A stretch of DNA of 64,000 nt from Macrostomum hystrix. Taxonomy: Eukaryota > Animalia > Platyhelminthes. Under the pieces are notes generated by a model. The model was not told the DNA's origin. It made no database searches and was given only the letters and a program-made list of their open reading frames with translations. A program made the translations under genes and the position numbers. Below, piece after piece: positions 35,441-48,117 of this stretch (the first letter of the stretch is position 1; the number at the start of each line of letters is the position of its first letter). Location: the NCBI GenBank assembly GCA_950097015.1, contig CATNEN010000001.1:22816001-22880000 (forward strand), written 5' to 3'.

Positions 35441-36027
35441 CTCTTAGATTTACCCTCTTTGTCTCATAATTTTTCTCACTCTGACTATCTCCCTCGCATG
35501 TTTTCCCAAAGTTCCCTAGCAGAAACTCTAATTTTATGATTTCTCAAGCTAAACCGTGTTTTATTTTACTAATAAGAGACCCATAAGTTAAATTAAATTT
35601 ATAAATTAAAGAATTAAAGAATTTGGCCCCACTCAATTGATGAAATCAATAAAACTGCGTCAAAGGTGTAACAGATCCGGTCAGAAACCAGTTCATTGAC
35701 TTCTGGGTTAAGATTTAGAAAAAAGGAATTGCAGTGACCAGGTCAGACCCATTGTTAGTCGTCTCACAAATGCATCACTTTTTATTATGGATTAAGCAAT
35801 CGCCCATCAAAAGGATTTATGAAGCAAGCACTATTTCTGTGCGTGGGACTTGAACCCTAAACAGTAAGCCTTATCCGCCAGATAAGCATAAAGTATTTTA
35901 ATCTCTTTCCTACCCGCTAGTCGCTTAATGAAACAAATTCAAACAACTTTTTATATAATAGGAAAGCTGAGGAGATTAAGGTTTAAATCATAGGATTACA
36001 GTGCATTACTGCACGACTCATTATACT

Positions 36028-36520
36028 AGGGTTGAGTAGAGCGGGGTGAGTAGAGTGGGTTTGAGTAGAGTGTGTTTGAGTAGAGTGGGTTTGAGTTGAG
36101 TGGGTTTGAGTAGAGTGGGTTTGAGTAGAGTGGGTTTGAGTAGAGTGTGTTTGAGTAGAGTGGGTTTGAGTTGAGTGGGTTTGAGTAGAGTGGGTTTGAG
36201 TAGAGTGGGTTTGAGTTGAGTGGGTTTGAGTTGAGTGGGTTTGAGTAGAGTGGGGTTTTGTGTTGGGTTAAGTAGAGTGAGGTTGAGTAGAGTGGGTTTC
36301 AGCAGAGTGGGTTTGAGTTAAATGGGGTTGAGTAGAGGGGGTTGAGTAGTGTCTTACTGTGTAGATTGGGGTTGAGTAGAGTGGGTTAATAGTAGAGTTA
36401 AGTTTGAGTAGAGTTGGGTCGAGTAGAGTAAGTTTGAGTAGAGGGGGTTGAGTAGCGTCTTATTGTGTGGATTGTGGTTGAGTAGAGTTTTGTCGAGTTG
36501 AGTTGAGTTTGAGTAGAGTT
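36028..36520. repeat. 15-bp minisatellite (GTTTGAGTAGAGTGG)
   Basis: Tandem array, degenerate at the 3' end. Confidence 0.9.
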
Positions 36521-38414
36521 AGGGGATAGATTGTTAGCCAATGGAGTCCAGAGAGCACAGCGGTGGTATTGCGGAAACTCCATCCGGTGCTTCAGTCTTC
36601 TAATTAGAATGCAGCCAGCTCATTCAGAAAGCGAATTTCAGCTATTCCAGTCACGGAGTGGCAGTCAGGGCGGATCGCAAGTTTCCTCCAGAAGCACCTC
36701 CACATTAAGCGGAATCGCACCTTTACACTCTCTCGCTTTGCACTTGATTTCTGCTTCGGAAAATTTTCGCCAAGTAAAAGCCGGTAAGTCATCTCCTTTA
36801 ATTGTGTCTCTACTTTTTCTCCTATTTTGTGCTCTCCCAGATCTGTGCCAGGCAACCGGCCATTGTGGGACCAGACAGTAGCAGCTGCGATCTGCGCGCC
36901 CTCTCGTCGTGACTTGGTCTTAAACCGCTACTTTGAACCAGCCAGTCATCTCCATGTACACGCACGGAGCATTGTGCAGGACGCCTTTTTTAGAACCAGT
37001 TTAATCCAGTTCGCACTAGCAGTGCAGCTTTATCCCACAGTTTTCGCAACTTTCACTACGCGACGACTTTGTATCGAAGTTTTCTTTCCTCACAAATAAT
37101 TAGACTAAAGGGCCGTATCCTTCCCTGCTTTGCCCATGCCAATCTTAGTTTTAGTCAATTAGTTAGCGAACAGGAGTGATCCTAGTCGTGTCTCCTAGAA
37201 TGTTATTTCTGCACTTCTAAATGTTTAGTTTAATGGACAGACAGCCTAAGCTTGTAGGTTGCCATTAGCTTTAGATATTAAAAGTGCAAATAGTTTACGT
37301 TTTTTTATTTCATTTTCATAGTGAACTCAGAGCAGATGAGTAATGCAATCCCAGCTAGCAACGCTTAATTGGGTTAGATGTGTTTATTCTCAGATACTTT
37401 TTAGACTTAAATGGACTGACAAAGTTGGTCCCACATTGCAAGTGGGCACAACAAGAGCTTTAGACATCAGGTGTCGATAGTAGCACTCTGGCACTCAGCT
37501 ATTTCCCGAATCAGGCATTTTAATTCATTGAGTACACCTGTCCCTACCTATTAATTAGAGAAAAGTGACACTTCTATTCGGAAAATTTTTGGAATCGCAA
37601 AAATAGCTGTTAGAAGAAACAGCGGCAAACATGCACGGACAAGTGTGAGAGTGCTAACAGGGCTGCAGATAATAATTGTGAAGTTGTTGTGAGTGGAATT
37701 GTTTTCGACGGAGTAGTTAATAAAAGCAAAAATATAACATTTGACGCTAAACCATTTTTGGGACTATTTTTTGCACATTGAAAGATTTTCACTCATACAG
37801 ATGTTCAAACACCGGCTATCTCGACCTTGATAATTAACAGTAGAGAGACCACACTATTTTTCCCCAGATGGTCCGATTAACATGACATTTTGTGTGCAGA
37901 AAAATTATGCATAAATCGGTGGTTTTTTGCCACCAGACGAGAGTCGTTAAATATCAAAATATCGTTAAATACACTCAAGTTAGGAGAGGCACGATAATTG
38001 GATGCCTTGAAAATAGACGAAGATCGAGTATTCAAAAAAGCGCGCGGGGGAGGAATACGTGTTCCGTCGTACATGCCGATAAAACTAATATTACGCTTGG
38101 TACATGAATCGACACGGAGTCAGTACTCGTAATTGTACGGAACAGGGACCTGTCGGCACTGACACAGTTTTTGGGCGACAGTTTAACCCGCAGCCAGTGA
38201 CAAGACAGTTCCGCCCCATTCCGCACACTTATCAAACCAATAACAATTAGGTGTACATCACAGGTGCCATGGAAGTTGGCCTTCATAAGTGCTAATTCCG
38301 TTTACCGAAAAAAACATTGAGAGTCGTTGACCCAGCACTGCTCAACCTAGAGTTGCGGTATTAACAATCACAGCAAAATGGGGAAAGCAACAAAGCGCGC
38401 AACACACGAGGCCA

Positions 38415-39446
38415 TCACGTGGACAGGAACAAGATCTGCATAGTGGCAAGCGTTGTCAAGTTTCTGAACTCCTCATTTGCCAAGGAGCAGTTGATGCGGA
38501 AGCTCTGGTCGCTCGGTGGATTCACGATCTGCAGCATGGCCAGCGGCGGCAGGTAGAACGAGCTGTCGGGCTGGTACGGGAAGAAGTACCTGGGAAAGTA
38601 GGCATAGGTCCGGTTCATGTACGTCAGCTGCGGATAGAATCGCAGGGCAACCTCTGCTCCGGTTGAGTCAGTCGTGGCCCGACAGTCCAGCCAGAGGTCG
38701 GTGCTGTAGTTACGCGTGAGTGCCGGCCCGGCCTTCAGCAGGACGCACGGATCTCCGGCCACGTAGCCAAACGCGTTGTAGGCGTTGCAGCTGGAGAAGA
38801 TTTCCAGCTGAGGCACGCAGACGTCAACGCTGGGATTGGGAAACGATTTCCGGCAGTCCTTCGCCCGTCGACCGGCCTTGCGCAGTCGGGGATGCCACCG
38901 ACGAATCTCGTACTCGTCCAGCTCACCGTTGATGCGGGCCAGCAGTGCGGCTAGGTCGTCATCGTTTTTTCTGTCCAACCAGATCACGGAGCCGCCCTGC
39001 GAGTTTCGCGGCTCCATGTGGATGTACTCTTTCGCCTCCTCGCGAGCCATGGTCATTGTGATGACCAGACCTATTGAAGCCACGAACACCACCAGCATGA
39101 TGCCGCCGATGACCAGTTGGAGCCGGAGCTGCCGGGCAATCTTTTCTTCGTTCTCCTGCTGCATGCTCTTGTAGGGATCGTAGCCGACGGTGCCGATGCC
39201 GCGGTTGTCCGCCAGTCGGTACCGGTGACTGTCCCGACGACCAAAGAAGATGGTGTTGAACTCGCGCCGATTGTAGCGGCCGCCTCCGCTGCTCACATTT
39301 TCGTCTCCTCCGGCCTCGTCGTTTGCGTCACCATCTTGGGCGAGTTTCAGCGAAGTCTTCTCTATTCGGTCTTCATCACCGGAGCTCTCAAGCAGAGATT
39401 CCGGATGCTGCGACGACTTGTTGTTCATGTCGAGGTGCTGCGACAT
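38415..39446 (-). CDS. Divergent Na+/K+-ATPase beta-subunit-like type II membrane protein (343 aa, single coding exon)
   Basis: Single TM LVIGGIMLVVFVASIGLVITM; ectodomain motifs FGYVAGDPCVLLK, YFPRYFFPY, YLPPLAMLQ, FRINC. Confidence 0.75.
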   Translation of the reverse strand: MSQHLDMNNKSSQHPESLLESSGDEDRIEKTSLKLAQDGDANDEAGGDENVSSGGGRYNRREFNTIFFGRRDSHRYRLADNRGIGTVGYDPYKSMQQENEEKIARQLRLQLVIGGIMLVVFVASIGLVITMTMAREEAKEYIHMEPRNSQGGSVIWLDRKNDDDLAALLARINGELDEYEIRRWHPRLRKAGRRAKDCRKSFPNPSVDVCVPQLEIFSSCNAYNAFGYVAGDPCVLLKAGPALTRNYSTDLWLDCRATTDSTGAEVALRFYPQLTYMNRTYAYFPRYFFPYQPDSSFYLPPLAMLQIVNPPSDQSFRINCSLANEEFRNLTTLATMQILFLST

Positions 39447-40835
39447 TGTCTGGGTTACTACGGTTGGAATGACTTTGCTTACATCAGGTAATACAGCATG
39501 TCGTTATACTCTGGCGTCGCTGAAAGCCAGAAAGTGGACTATTTATCTGCTGCGGATGTGTCCTTGTAGTTTTCTAGTTGCAAAACTCTTTTTACTTTGT
39601 CTATTTCTACAGGCGTTCTAAGGAAAAGAATTACTAAACAAAAGGGTAGATGGCCAAGCGATGAGTTTAACTGAGGCCTTCGCAGACCCGGAGTGAAGGA
39701 CTGTTTAGGGAGCGATGAATTATTTAGCGCGCAGTTGTCTGCTCCAGGCGCCAATTAGATGCAGCTCCGACAGACGAAAAGGCGACAAGCGCATTGGCAG
39801 GGAGGGCGACAAGTGACGGTGCTGACCGACTGGCAAAAAAGCTGGAAGAATTCGCAAAAGACAAAATTCACTGGTCTTCTCGACTGCCTGAGGCCTGTGG
39901 CCAGGGATGCGAAAATAGTGAAGGCCAGGGCGTGAGAGGAGGGTGAGAGCGGCGATGTGTGGGGGAGAGCGGGTTGCGGGGAGGCTGGTGTATGTGAGGA
40001 GGGCGAAGCACAACGCAATGGGGTGGCTAGAGGAGCGTTCTGCTACGAGACCATTCTGTCCCAGGCAATTGGACAAAGGGTGGTGCAGCCAACCCGAAAA
40101 TTACAGGGGCGCACTTAAAGGGTAAGGAACAGGGAGCGAGGGAGAATGCTTCAGGCTGGCAATGCTTCAGTGGATCATATCTGAGTGCACAGTTGAATGG
40201 GAGAGGACAAAGGCATGGGACTATAATCCAAGCTAGACTACATATAGTGAGGCATTATGCATGAGCATAGCACGGTGCAAAATATTCTGCTCGTATAATA
40301 AAAATGCAGAGTTAAAGTAAAGGCTAGAAAGTTGCGGGGACGAGAATCGCTTCTGGAGTTCATTGGAGAGTTGCGACACCCGGCATCGGAGAAAAAATCG
40401 ATGGCACCTGACTTCTTCTACTGCTTTAAGAGCTTTTCAAGCTAGATTTCTGAGTGCACCGGCTATCCTACTCTACAAAAAAGTAGGGAAAAAACTTAGC
40501 CCATTGAAATGACGGGAGCGATGAGTCGGTTCTCAGTCGCTTGACTTTTGCCATTTGCGCGTCAAACTAGAAAGTGCGAGCGAGTGAGTGGCGTGAGTGG
40601 CGTCGGGGCTTGTATAGCATTATAAGCAGAGTTGGGATCATTGATTTGGATAGCGCATCATAAGAGTGTATGTTTGTTATACACATAGAAATAGGTAGGC
40701 AGGCCATACCTTTAGCTCGATTCGAGATCCAGGCCTGGTCCGATGACTTACTTGACTTAGCTGCAGGGGGCATCTTCCGGATGCAGCGGGGAGGCGTTGC
40801 CGCCCATTCCGCTAGCCCCTGGCGACCACGGGCAA

Positions 40836-43800
40836 CTAGAGCTGCGGTGTCGCGCAGGGGGATCCGGTGGTGCCGGCGTCCGCAGCGCGGTCCTCCTCCG
40901 GAGTGTCCAGGAGGTGGAGGGTTGCTCGCCCGGTGGCCCTCAGGTATCGGACGAGCTGGCAGATGTTCTCAGGCCTGAAAACGTCGGGGAGATCCGGGTT
41001 TGGGCCGAGATAGGTGAGCCGGTCCTGAGTGAAGGCGGGGCAGTCGCAAATAAAATGCTCTGCATCCTCAACATAGGAGAGGCAGAAGGGGCATTCCTCA
41101 CTGCGGATTTTGCCTTGCAGGAAGCGGTGCCTGGCGAAACAGCCATGGCCAGAGAGGGCCATGGTGACTGCCCTGATGTCCTTGCGGTTCAGTCCAAGCA
41201 AGGCTTTGCGAAGGGCAGTGGAGGGACAAGGGACAGCAGCGCGAGACTGCCGACAATCGGCGGTGTTGATCCATCTGTCCTTGTGCTTTGAGGTCACCCA
41301 CTGGTTAATCCGAGTGTTGACGACGGCGGTAGGGGTGGAGACCGCAGGCACGGGGCCAAAAAGCGAGCCCGTCGAACCGGCCTTGGCGAGGCTGTCGGCC
41401 AATTCGTTACCAGGGTGGCCAGAGTGCCCTGGAATCCACCTTAGGGACACCTTGTTGTGGGTCCCTAAGCGGTTGAGTTGCGCGACGCAGTCGAGGACTG
41501 TGCGCGAGCAGGTGTGCGTGCGTCCAAGGGCATGGATCGCCGCCTGGCTGTCCGAGTGGAGGAAGATTTCCGCTCCATGGACGTTTTGGTTGATCAGCTC
41601 CAGGGCGCAGGAGCTGATGGCGAGAACTTCGTTCTGGAAGACGGTAGAGTTTATGCCGGTGTGCTGGGAGAAGGTCGCCAAAGTTTTCCCTCCGGACATA
41701 ATGCAGTAGCCGAAACCAGAGATCGAGTTGATTTGCGATCCGTCGGTGAAGCAGTGAATTTCACGGGGTTGGCCGTGGTCACGTACTTCCTGTCGAGGCG
41801 GAATGCTGGTTTTGAATTTTTGCGGTGGGCACAGCGTCGACGGGATTCCGTCGGAGAGAATTTTGAGACCTCCTGCTGCGTCCAGGTCCCGTAGGCTGAG
41901 GTCGCCATGGGGCTGGAGGTTCCGCTTGCTAAAGGCAAGTTGCTTCCGGATGGAGATACCCGCGTCCAGAAGACGACGAGCCGTCTTCATCGCCTCCCCC
42001 TTGATAAAAAGATCTAAAGGGGGAAGGTCCAGGAAGGCATTCATGCCAGCGAAGGGAGTGGAGGGTGCCGCACTCATGATGGCTCGACAAGCACGGCCCT
42101 GCACCTTGTTTAGGGCCTCCAGGACCCCTTTGGTCTCCAGGGCACTATTCCAAATGAAGCCGGCAAAAGAGATGGCCGGTCTTACAATGGTAGTGTAAAT
42201 CCACCAGAGACGGCGGGGGGTGAGGCCCCAGGTGGCGCCGAAGGCTCTGCGAATCTGCGCGAGCGTCGCAAGAGCTTTACGGGTTTTGAATTTGACGTGA
42301 GGTGTCCAGCTCAACCTGTGGTCGAGGATGACACCTAAGCATCTGGTTTGCTTCTCCATGGCGATTGGTTTGTCATAGAGAAGGAGAGGCTCAATCCTCC
42401 AGTTTCGTTTGCTGGTGAACATAATGGCGACGGTCTTGGACTCAGAGAGTTTGAGGCCGCAGCCATTGGCCCAGCGTTCGGCACGGTGGATGAAAGCTTG
42501 CAGAAGGTCTCTAAGGACCGGGGGAGACGGTCCGGCCACGGTGGCGGTGACGTCGTCAGCATAGCCGATTTTTTGGACCGGGTCCGGGTCAGGGCTGCAG
42601 AGCAGTTCGTCCATGACAAGGTTCCAAAGGATCGGACTGAGAACGCCACCCTGCGGGCCTCCCTTCTGGACATTCACAGAACGGGAGTGTCCAAGCAGGT
42701 GCGAGGTGGCAGTTCGGTGAGAGATCATATACATGATCCAGCGGGTGAGGTGCTCGTGCGTAGCCCGGCGTTCCAGGGCTCGCCTAAAGGCTCCGAAGAG
42801 CACATTGTCGAAGGCACCATCAATGTCGAGGAAAAGCGAGAGAGCAAAACCGGTGCCAAGCACGGCGCGCTCCAGCTTGTCGACGATGGCATGCAGAGCA
42901 CTTTCGATGGAACGTCCGGATCGAAAGGCGTGCTGGTTGGCGGAGAGCGGGGAGTTCCTCAGCTCAACGTGAAGGAGGCGCCAAAGAACAAGCCTTTCAA
43001 GCAGCTTAAGAAAGAAAGATGTTAAGCTGATGGGGCGGAAGGCTTTGGCGGAGTGGTAGTCTCCCTTCCCAGGTTTGGGGATGAAGACGATAGTGGCTTC
43101 CTGCCAAGACCTGGGTACGTACCCGAGGGTGATACAGGCCTTGAACAGGTTGCAAAGGAGGCCGAGGAACCTGTCATTTTTTACCGCTTCATGTAGGAAG
43201 GCGGGGTAAATGTTGTCAGGTCCAGGCGACTTAAAAGGCGAGAAGGAGTTAGCAGCGCGAGCTGTCCGTTCTCTAGTGATAATAGTTGTCGCAAGGATGT
43301 GCCCACCCGGAGTGTGGTCCGGCGGGTCCTGAAGCGGCGCAGTCTGGGGGAAGGCGCTGGCGAGCATGATGTCCAGCGATTCGCCAGGATTCTCAGCAAG
43401 CCGGCCGTCCGGTCTTTTGATCACTGAGAGCTTCGACATTTTGTCAAGAGTGAGCGCTTTTACAACGCGAGAAGTTGGGCGGGCGCCCTCCAGCTCGGAG
43501 CAGTATTGGCGCCACTTTTCGGACTTCGCTTTCCTGGTGTCACGCTTAAAGTCACGAATCGCATTCTGGTAGGCGGTCAGGTCAGCTTGGTCCTTGCTTT
43601 TCCGCGCAATCCGCTGGAGGGATTTGGCCTTTCGCCGGAGGGTTCCAAGCGCTGGGTTCCACCAGGGAGCGGATTTTTTGCCTTTGTAGGCTTTAAGAGG
43701 GCAAGAGGTTTCATGAGCTGTCAAGATGGTCATGCTGAGTAGATCAGCCAGATCGTCCACTTCTTGACAGGTGGCAGGAACAACGGATTCTAACTGGTTG

Positions 43801-44540
43801 GTCTGGCGCTTCACGGATTCCGCAAAGGCCGTCCAGTCAGTATTCCGGGCGTTCCTTTTCCACAGAATACCAGGCTTGGAGTAGGAGCTTAGCAACCGGA
43901 AACGAATGAAGCGATGGTCAGACAGAGATTCCTCTTCGTCCCACACCTGCCAGTTCCTAATCAGAGGGATCAGGCCCTGAGAGGCGAGGGTGGCGTCAAG
44001 GACCTCCGTCCATCGTCCATTGTCAAAGGTGGGTGTGCCACCCGAGTTGCAGAACTCAATATTGGTGGTGCAGATGTAGGCAAGGAGATCCTCGCCTCTG
44101 CAGTTGGAGGTAACACTGCCCCAGTGGGTGTGGTGGGCATTTATGTCGCCTGCCACCAGCAGCTCAAAGTCGCGGTCTGAGCAGTAGTCCACGAGGGAAG
44201 TGAGACTGGGCGGAACCGCAGGACCGTCGCCAGGAATGTATATAGAGGCGATGATGACGGTGCGGTTCGGGAGAATGTGGTTGGTTTGGATGACACAGAG
44301 GTCTTTGTCAGAGAGGTCTGGTCTATACCAAGCTTTTAGATCGGTAGTCGCGAACACAGCAGCCCTGGGGTTTTGGGGCATGAAAAAACAGTCAAAACCA
44401 GCAGGAATGTTCGGAATCTTACCTTTCTTCGTCCAGGGCTCTTGGAGGAGGATGATGCCCGGTTTTTCGAAGTCCACCACACGCGCCAGGTTGGTCGAGG
44501 CCGCGATGCAGTGGTGCAGGTTCAGCTGCAGGAAGCTCAC
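40836..44540 (-). CDS. LINE ORF2: APE endonuclease, reverse transcriptase, RNase H, C-terminal Cys/His motif
   Basis: LQLNLHH, LLQEPW, GDINAHH, SDH; [12 protein letters not shown]; [24 protein letters not shown]; CPFC...H...C. Annotated start is GTG. Confidence 0.95.
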   Translation of the reverse strand: MSFLQLNLHHCIAASTNLARVVDFEKPGIILLQEPWTKKGKIPNIPAGFDCFFMPQNPRAAVFATTDLKAWYRPDLSDKDLCVIQTNHILPNRTVIIASIYIPGDGPAVPPSLTSLVDYCSDRDFELLVAGDINAHHTHWGSVTSNCRGEDLLAYICTTNIEFCNSGGTPTFDNGRWTEVLDATLASQGLIPLIRNWQVWDEEESLSDHRFIRFRLLSSYSKPGILWKRNARNTDWTAFAESVKRQTNQLESVVPATCQEVDDLADLLSMTILTAHETSCPLKAYKGKKSAPWWNPALGTLRRKAKSLQRIARKSKDQADLTAYQNAIRDFKRDTRKAKSEKWRQYCSELEGARPTSRVVKALTLDKMSKLSVIKRPDGRLAENPGESLDIMLASAFPQTAPLQDPPDHTPGGHILATTIITRERTARAANSFSPFKSPGPDNIYPAFLHEAVKNDRFLGLLCNLFKACITLGYVPRSWQEATIVFIPKPGKGDYHSAKAFRPISLTSFFLKLLERLVLWRLLHVELRNSPLSANQHAFRSGRSIESALHAIVDKLERAVLGTGFALSLFLDIDGAFDNVLFGAFRRALERRATHEHLTRWIMYMISHRTATSHLLGHSRSVNVQKGGPQGGVLSPILWNLVMDELLCSPDPDPVQKIGYADDVTATVAGPSPPVLRDLLQAFIHRAERWANGCGLKLSESKTVAIMFTSKRNWRIEPLLLYDKPIAMEKQTRCLGVILDHRLSWTPHVKFKTRKALATLAQIRRAFGATWGLTPRRLWWIYTTIVRPAISFAGFIWNSALETKGVLEALNKVQGRACRAIMSAAPSTPFAGMNAFLDLPPLDLFIKGEAMKTARRLLDAGISIRKQLAFSKRNLQPHGDLSLRDLDAAGGLKILSDGIPSTLCPPQKFKTSIPPRQEVRDHGQPREIHCFTDGSQINSISGFGYCIMSGGKTLATFSQHTGINSTVFQNEVLAISSCALELINQNVHGAEIFLHSDSQAAIHALGRTHTCSRTVLDCVAQLNRLGTHNKVSLRWIPGHSGHPGNELADSLAKAGSTGSLFGPVPAVSTPTAVVNTRINQWVTSKHKDRWINTADCRQSRAAVPCPSTALRKALLGLNRKDIRAVTMALSGHGCFARHRFLQGKIRSEECPFCLSYVEDAEHFICDCPAFTQDRLTYLGPNPDLPDVFRPENICQLVRYLRATGRATLHLLDTPEEDRAADAGTTGSPCATPQL

Positions 44541-44575
44541 CCCAGGAGGGGCGGTCCGTGCGGCTATCTGCTGGC

Positions 44576-46063
44576 CTACGGCGAGTTGTTCAGGAGCGAT
44601 TCCTCGTCCTCGCCGGTGTTTTGCCCGAGCTCCATCGGTTCCTCCTGAATCGGATCCAGAGTTGAGGCCGGGGCTGCCGCAACAGCGGCGTCCGTGTCCT
44701 CAACCCGGTTTTCCGCTGGGGGTTCCGATGAAACATTGGGCCGGGTGGTGCTGCGGTGGCGTCCACTGTTGGGGTCCGACAGCTGTCTGGCGCGCTGAGT
44801 CAAGCCAGCACGGATGGTGTTACGGGCGGGTTTCCGGCCCTTACCACGTCCGCCTGTCGTTGCGGCTCGCGCGGCTTTGCCCCTGATAGGGTCCGCATCC
44901 TCGGAGTGGTCGTGACGATCAGGAGTCTGTGTTCCAGGGCGCAGGGGCCCGGCAGAGCTCTGGTTCGTCCGTTTCCGCTTTTCCGGGGGCGGCGGGCGAG
45001 TGGCGTCGGACTCGAAGCTGAAAATCTGCATTCGAGTGAGGCCTGCACTGATGTAGGACATGTCTGGGCAGCGGAGCATCCAGCTGTCCGACAATCCTAG
45101 GATGGCCGTGAAACCGTCTCCACCAGGTCTGGTGATGGTTTCATGAACCACGACACCGTTTGCTGGCAGATCCGGGTGGATTGCCAACAGCAGGCGGCGC
45201 AGTTCTCCGGCGTTGGTGATGGCGCTGCGAGCTGGAATCCAAACACGATGACGGTGTGTCTGGGGGCGCTCGTCCTCCCTGTAGATAAACAGGTTGCCCA
45301 TTTCCGTGCCCCAGTCGAAGGATTTCAGCATCTCGAGGAGTTGCTGTCCGGACTGGTTGTCGGCAGGCTGGACAATGAGGGCTTGGTCCTGGATGTCGGT
45401 CTTCAGGACGTGCAGTACAGTGCCGCTCAGTGCCAGTTTGACCAGATGGGAGTCCAATCTGCGCCAGATCTGGTCGAGTTGCGCTGTTGTGAGGGGCGTC
45501 TCCTGGCCTCGGATAACCAAGGCCGGCTGCCTCTTTGCCATAGCAGCGTAAGTGCGCTTTGGCCTTGTGGTTTGGCCGGCGCCTCCCGCAACGGGCCCCC
45601 CAGCAGTCGTCGGAGTTTCCGGATGACTGTGAGAGGTTCCGCCGCGAGAGGAACCGGATGCCCCAGAGGCCTGGGCGGCACTTTTCCGCGCTTCCGGGTT
45701 TCCCGGACGGCGCGAGGAGTCCGCCTCCTTGTTGGGTGCCGGTTCCTCCGCGATGTTCGCAGAGTTGCCGGCCCCCTCCTCGGAGGCGGTGGTTGGCGCG
45801 GATTTCGCAGCCAACCGTACTTCCTGTTTTCGCCGCCGGAATTCCTGGAGGCGGGCGAGGCTGCGGGCTTGCGTGGAAGGGGAGCGTTTGCTCTTTGATC
45901 CAGCCGCTCTGGTGTTTTCCTGAGTGGCGGAGGAGCAGGATGAATTTTGGGCGCCGGTGGAACCGGTGTCGCCCTGGCGCTGGTCCTGAGGATCTGCGTC
46001 GCCGGCCGGGGTCGGCGTTTCAGCAGGGTCCTGGGACGTGCTGGAGCTGTAGTGGGACTCCAT
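44576..46063 (-). CDS. LINE ORF1 (gag-like, 495 aa)
   Basis: Long ATG-initiated ORF immediately upstream of ORF2; disordered basic ends around a globular core; no CCHC knuckle seen. Confidence 0.8.
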   Translation of the reverse strand: MESHYSSSTSQDPAETPTPAGDADPQDQRQGDTGSTGAQNSSCSSATQENTRAAGSKSKRSPSTQARSLARLQEFRRRKQEVRLAAKSAPTTASEEGAGNSANIAEEPAPNKEADSSRRPGNPEARKSAAQASGASGSSRGGTSHSHPETPTTAGGPVAGGAGQTTRPKRTYAAMAKRQPALVIRGQETPLTTAQLDQIWRRLDSHLVKLALSGTVLHVLKTDIQDQALIVQPADNQSGQQLLEMLKSFDWGTEMGNLFIYREDERPQTHRHRVWIPARSAITNAGELRRLLLAIHPDLPANGVVVHETITRPGGDGFTAILGLSDSWMLRCPDMSYISAGLTRMQIFSFESDATRPPPPEKRKRTNQSSAGPLRPGTQTPDRHDHSEDADPIRGKAARAATTGGRGKGRKPARNTIRAGLTQRARQLSDPNSGRHRSTTRPNVSSEPPAENRVEDTDAAVAAAPASTLDPIQEEPMELGQNTGEDEESLLNNSP

Positions 46064-46194
46064 AGGTCGCTGGAAAAAGAGAAAGAAGAGAATAAAAATA
46101 AAAACCGCTAATGGCCGGATAGACTCCCCGGACCTTTCAGCCCCTCAGCGCGGTGAGACCTTAGGCATAAGAGGACACCTAAAGCAGTGCCAGG

Positions 46195-46852
46195 CCCGCA
46201 GACTGGCTGCGTACCCTGTTGAGGTCGAAGGGTGACACCTGTCCCTCAGAGCCGTAGCCAGAGGTACCTGATCACGCACAGGTGCACGAGCGCTGCGGAC
46301 TGGCCGCATACCCTGTTAAGGTCAAAGGGTGACACCCTTCCCTCAGAGCCGTAGCCAGAGGTACCTGATCACGCACAGGTGCGCGAGACGCTGCGGACTG
46401 GCCGCATACCCTGTTAAGGTCAAAGGGTGACACCTTTCCCTCAGAGCCGTAGCCAGAGGTACCTGATCACGCACAGGTGCACGAAAACTGCGGACTGGCC
46501 GCATACCCTGTTAAGGTCAAAGGGTGACACCTTTCCCTCAGAGCCGTAGCCAGAGGTACCTGATCACGCACAGGTGCGCGAGACGCTGCGGACTGGCCGC
46601 ATACCCTGTCAAGGTCAAAGGGTAAACACCTCTCCCTCAGAGCCGTAGCCAGAGGTACCTGATCACGCACAGGTGCGCGAGACGCTGCGGACTGGCCGCA
46701 TACCCTGTCAAGGTCAAAGGGTAACACCTCTCCCTCAGAGCCGTAGCCAGAGGTACCTGATCACGCACAGGTGCACGAAAGCTGCGGACTCGCCGCATAC
46801 CCTGTTAAGGTCAAAGGGTGACACCTTTCCCTCCAGCCAGGGCTAGAGGTAC
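46195..46852 (-). repeat. ~98-bp tandem monomers (~6.5 copies) in the LINE 5' region
   Basis: CTCAGAGCCGTAGCCAGAGGTACCTGATCACG recurs at 46245, 46342, 46440, 46537, 46636, 46734. Confidence 0.92.
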
Positions 46853-48117
46853 CCAGTTTGGCCAGAGGCCCTGGATGGGTCATCCAGCGCTGTTGCCCAT
46901 TCTGTCCGGCTGCCCTAGGGTCAGCCTTGAACACTCGCGGGACGTGTACCCATGGGTCAGCTGACGGGACAGCGTGGAGGGATCCCTGCACCCGGAGGTA
47001 CAGGGCTCCTTCCTGCCAGGCCTGCTCAAAAAACGACTGCAGGTGTGAGGCATCGCAGACCTTAGCCCGTAGGCCTGGTCTGACTCATACCACACAGGCA
47101 TTGTGTCCCGCCGGTGCGAGCGGCCTGGTCCGATAGTCAAGGATTGTTTTTTCCGAGTAGTCGATTCGTTGAGTTCGAGCTGGCATAGCTGACTGGGCAG
47201 CCGGCTATGCGGAGCTATGAGGAGATATCCGAGCCGCTTTTGCACAGAAAAACTACACAACAACGGTGAAGCCAGCCTACAATGCGAGAGCGGGTAATTA
47301 GTTCGGCCTAGCAAAAGAGAAACAGAAAGGCTCTATTTTTATCCTAGACCTAGACCCGCAGCAACTGAATTGGCTACACTGCGCAGGGCTGGCTGCTCAG
47401 ACGACGATTTTCCCATTTGAATCTCCCACACACAGTGCAGCCTCCACCAAAACCAGCTTCCAGAGCGGGCCGCGCTTCATCAGCCGCATCGATGCGAAAT
47501 GGGGAAGTGGGACGGCTATAGAGCGACTCACTCTCTGCACTGAGGGGAGCAGCAGAGTGGGAGAGGCAACCGGGGGGGAGAATTTGTTTCTTCCAGCGAA
47601 AGGAATTATGGTAGGGGGTGCTTGGGCGGAGTCGACCCAGGGCACTGCCTGGTCCTCGCTTTGCGTAATTACCTTAAGCCATTGATTCTAGCATTGAATT
47701 TTCTCTTCCATTCATAAACTGTGCATGCAGCCTAGCCAGGAGCAGGGACTATGCTTCTGTCATTATAGTTCAAGCTCGCAATCGTGCTTGTCTCAGCGCC
47801 TCATTATTCAGCAAAACTCAATTCAGCTCTGCCAACACTCATGCGACAGTTCTCACCCATTCACAGTCTTACAGGAACTCATTAGGCGCTAGTTGTGGGT
47901 CTGTTGAGCACTAAATTTCTGCTCACGCACGGAAGAGGAAAGGCGGAAAGAAAATGGTCGACCATTTTGGCAAAAAACCGCCTCCACTTCCATCACCAGC
48001 TAAGGCCCGATTGGAACTCCGTCTGTTGCTAGGCAAGAGCCAGGGTTTGATCCCAGAAGCAATCAAATACAAGAATAATAATACTTAATAAAATTTCTTA
48101 ACCACAATCATTTTTGT

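Larger units (their letters stand above)
40692..47140 (-). mobile_element. Apparently intact non-LTR retrotransposon (LOA/Lian-like, RNase H-containing); ends approximate
   Basis: Two intact ORFs, a 5' monomer array, and a short CCTA-like 3' tail near 40692. No TSD identified. Confidence 0.88.

Noticed and set aside
46195-46852. CRISPR-like array
   Set aside because: No unique spacers, eukaryotic context, no cas genes.
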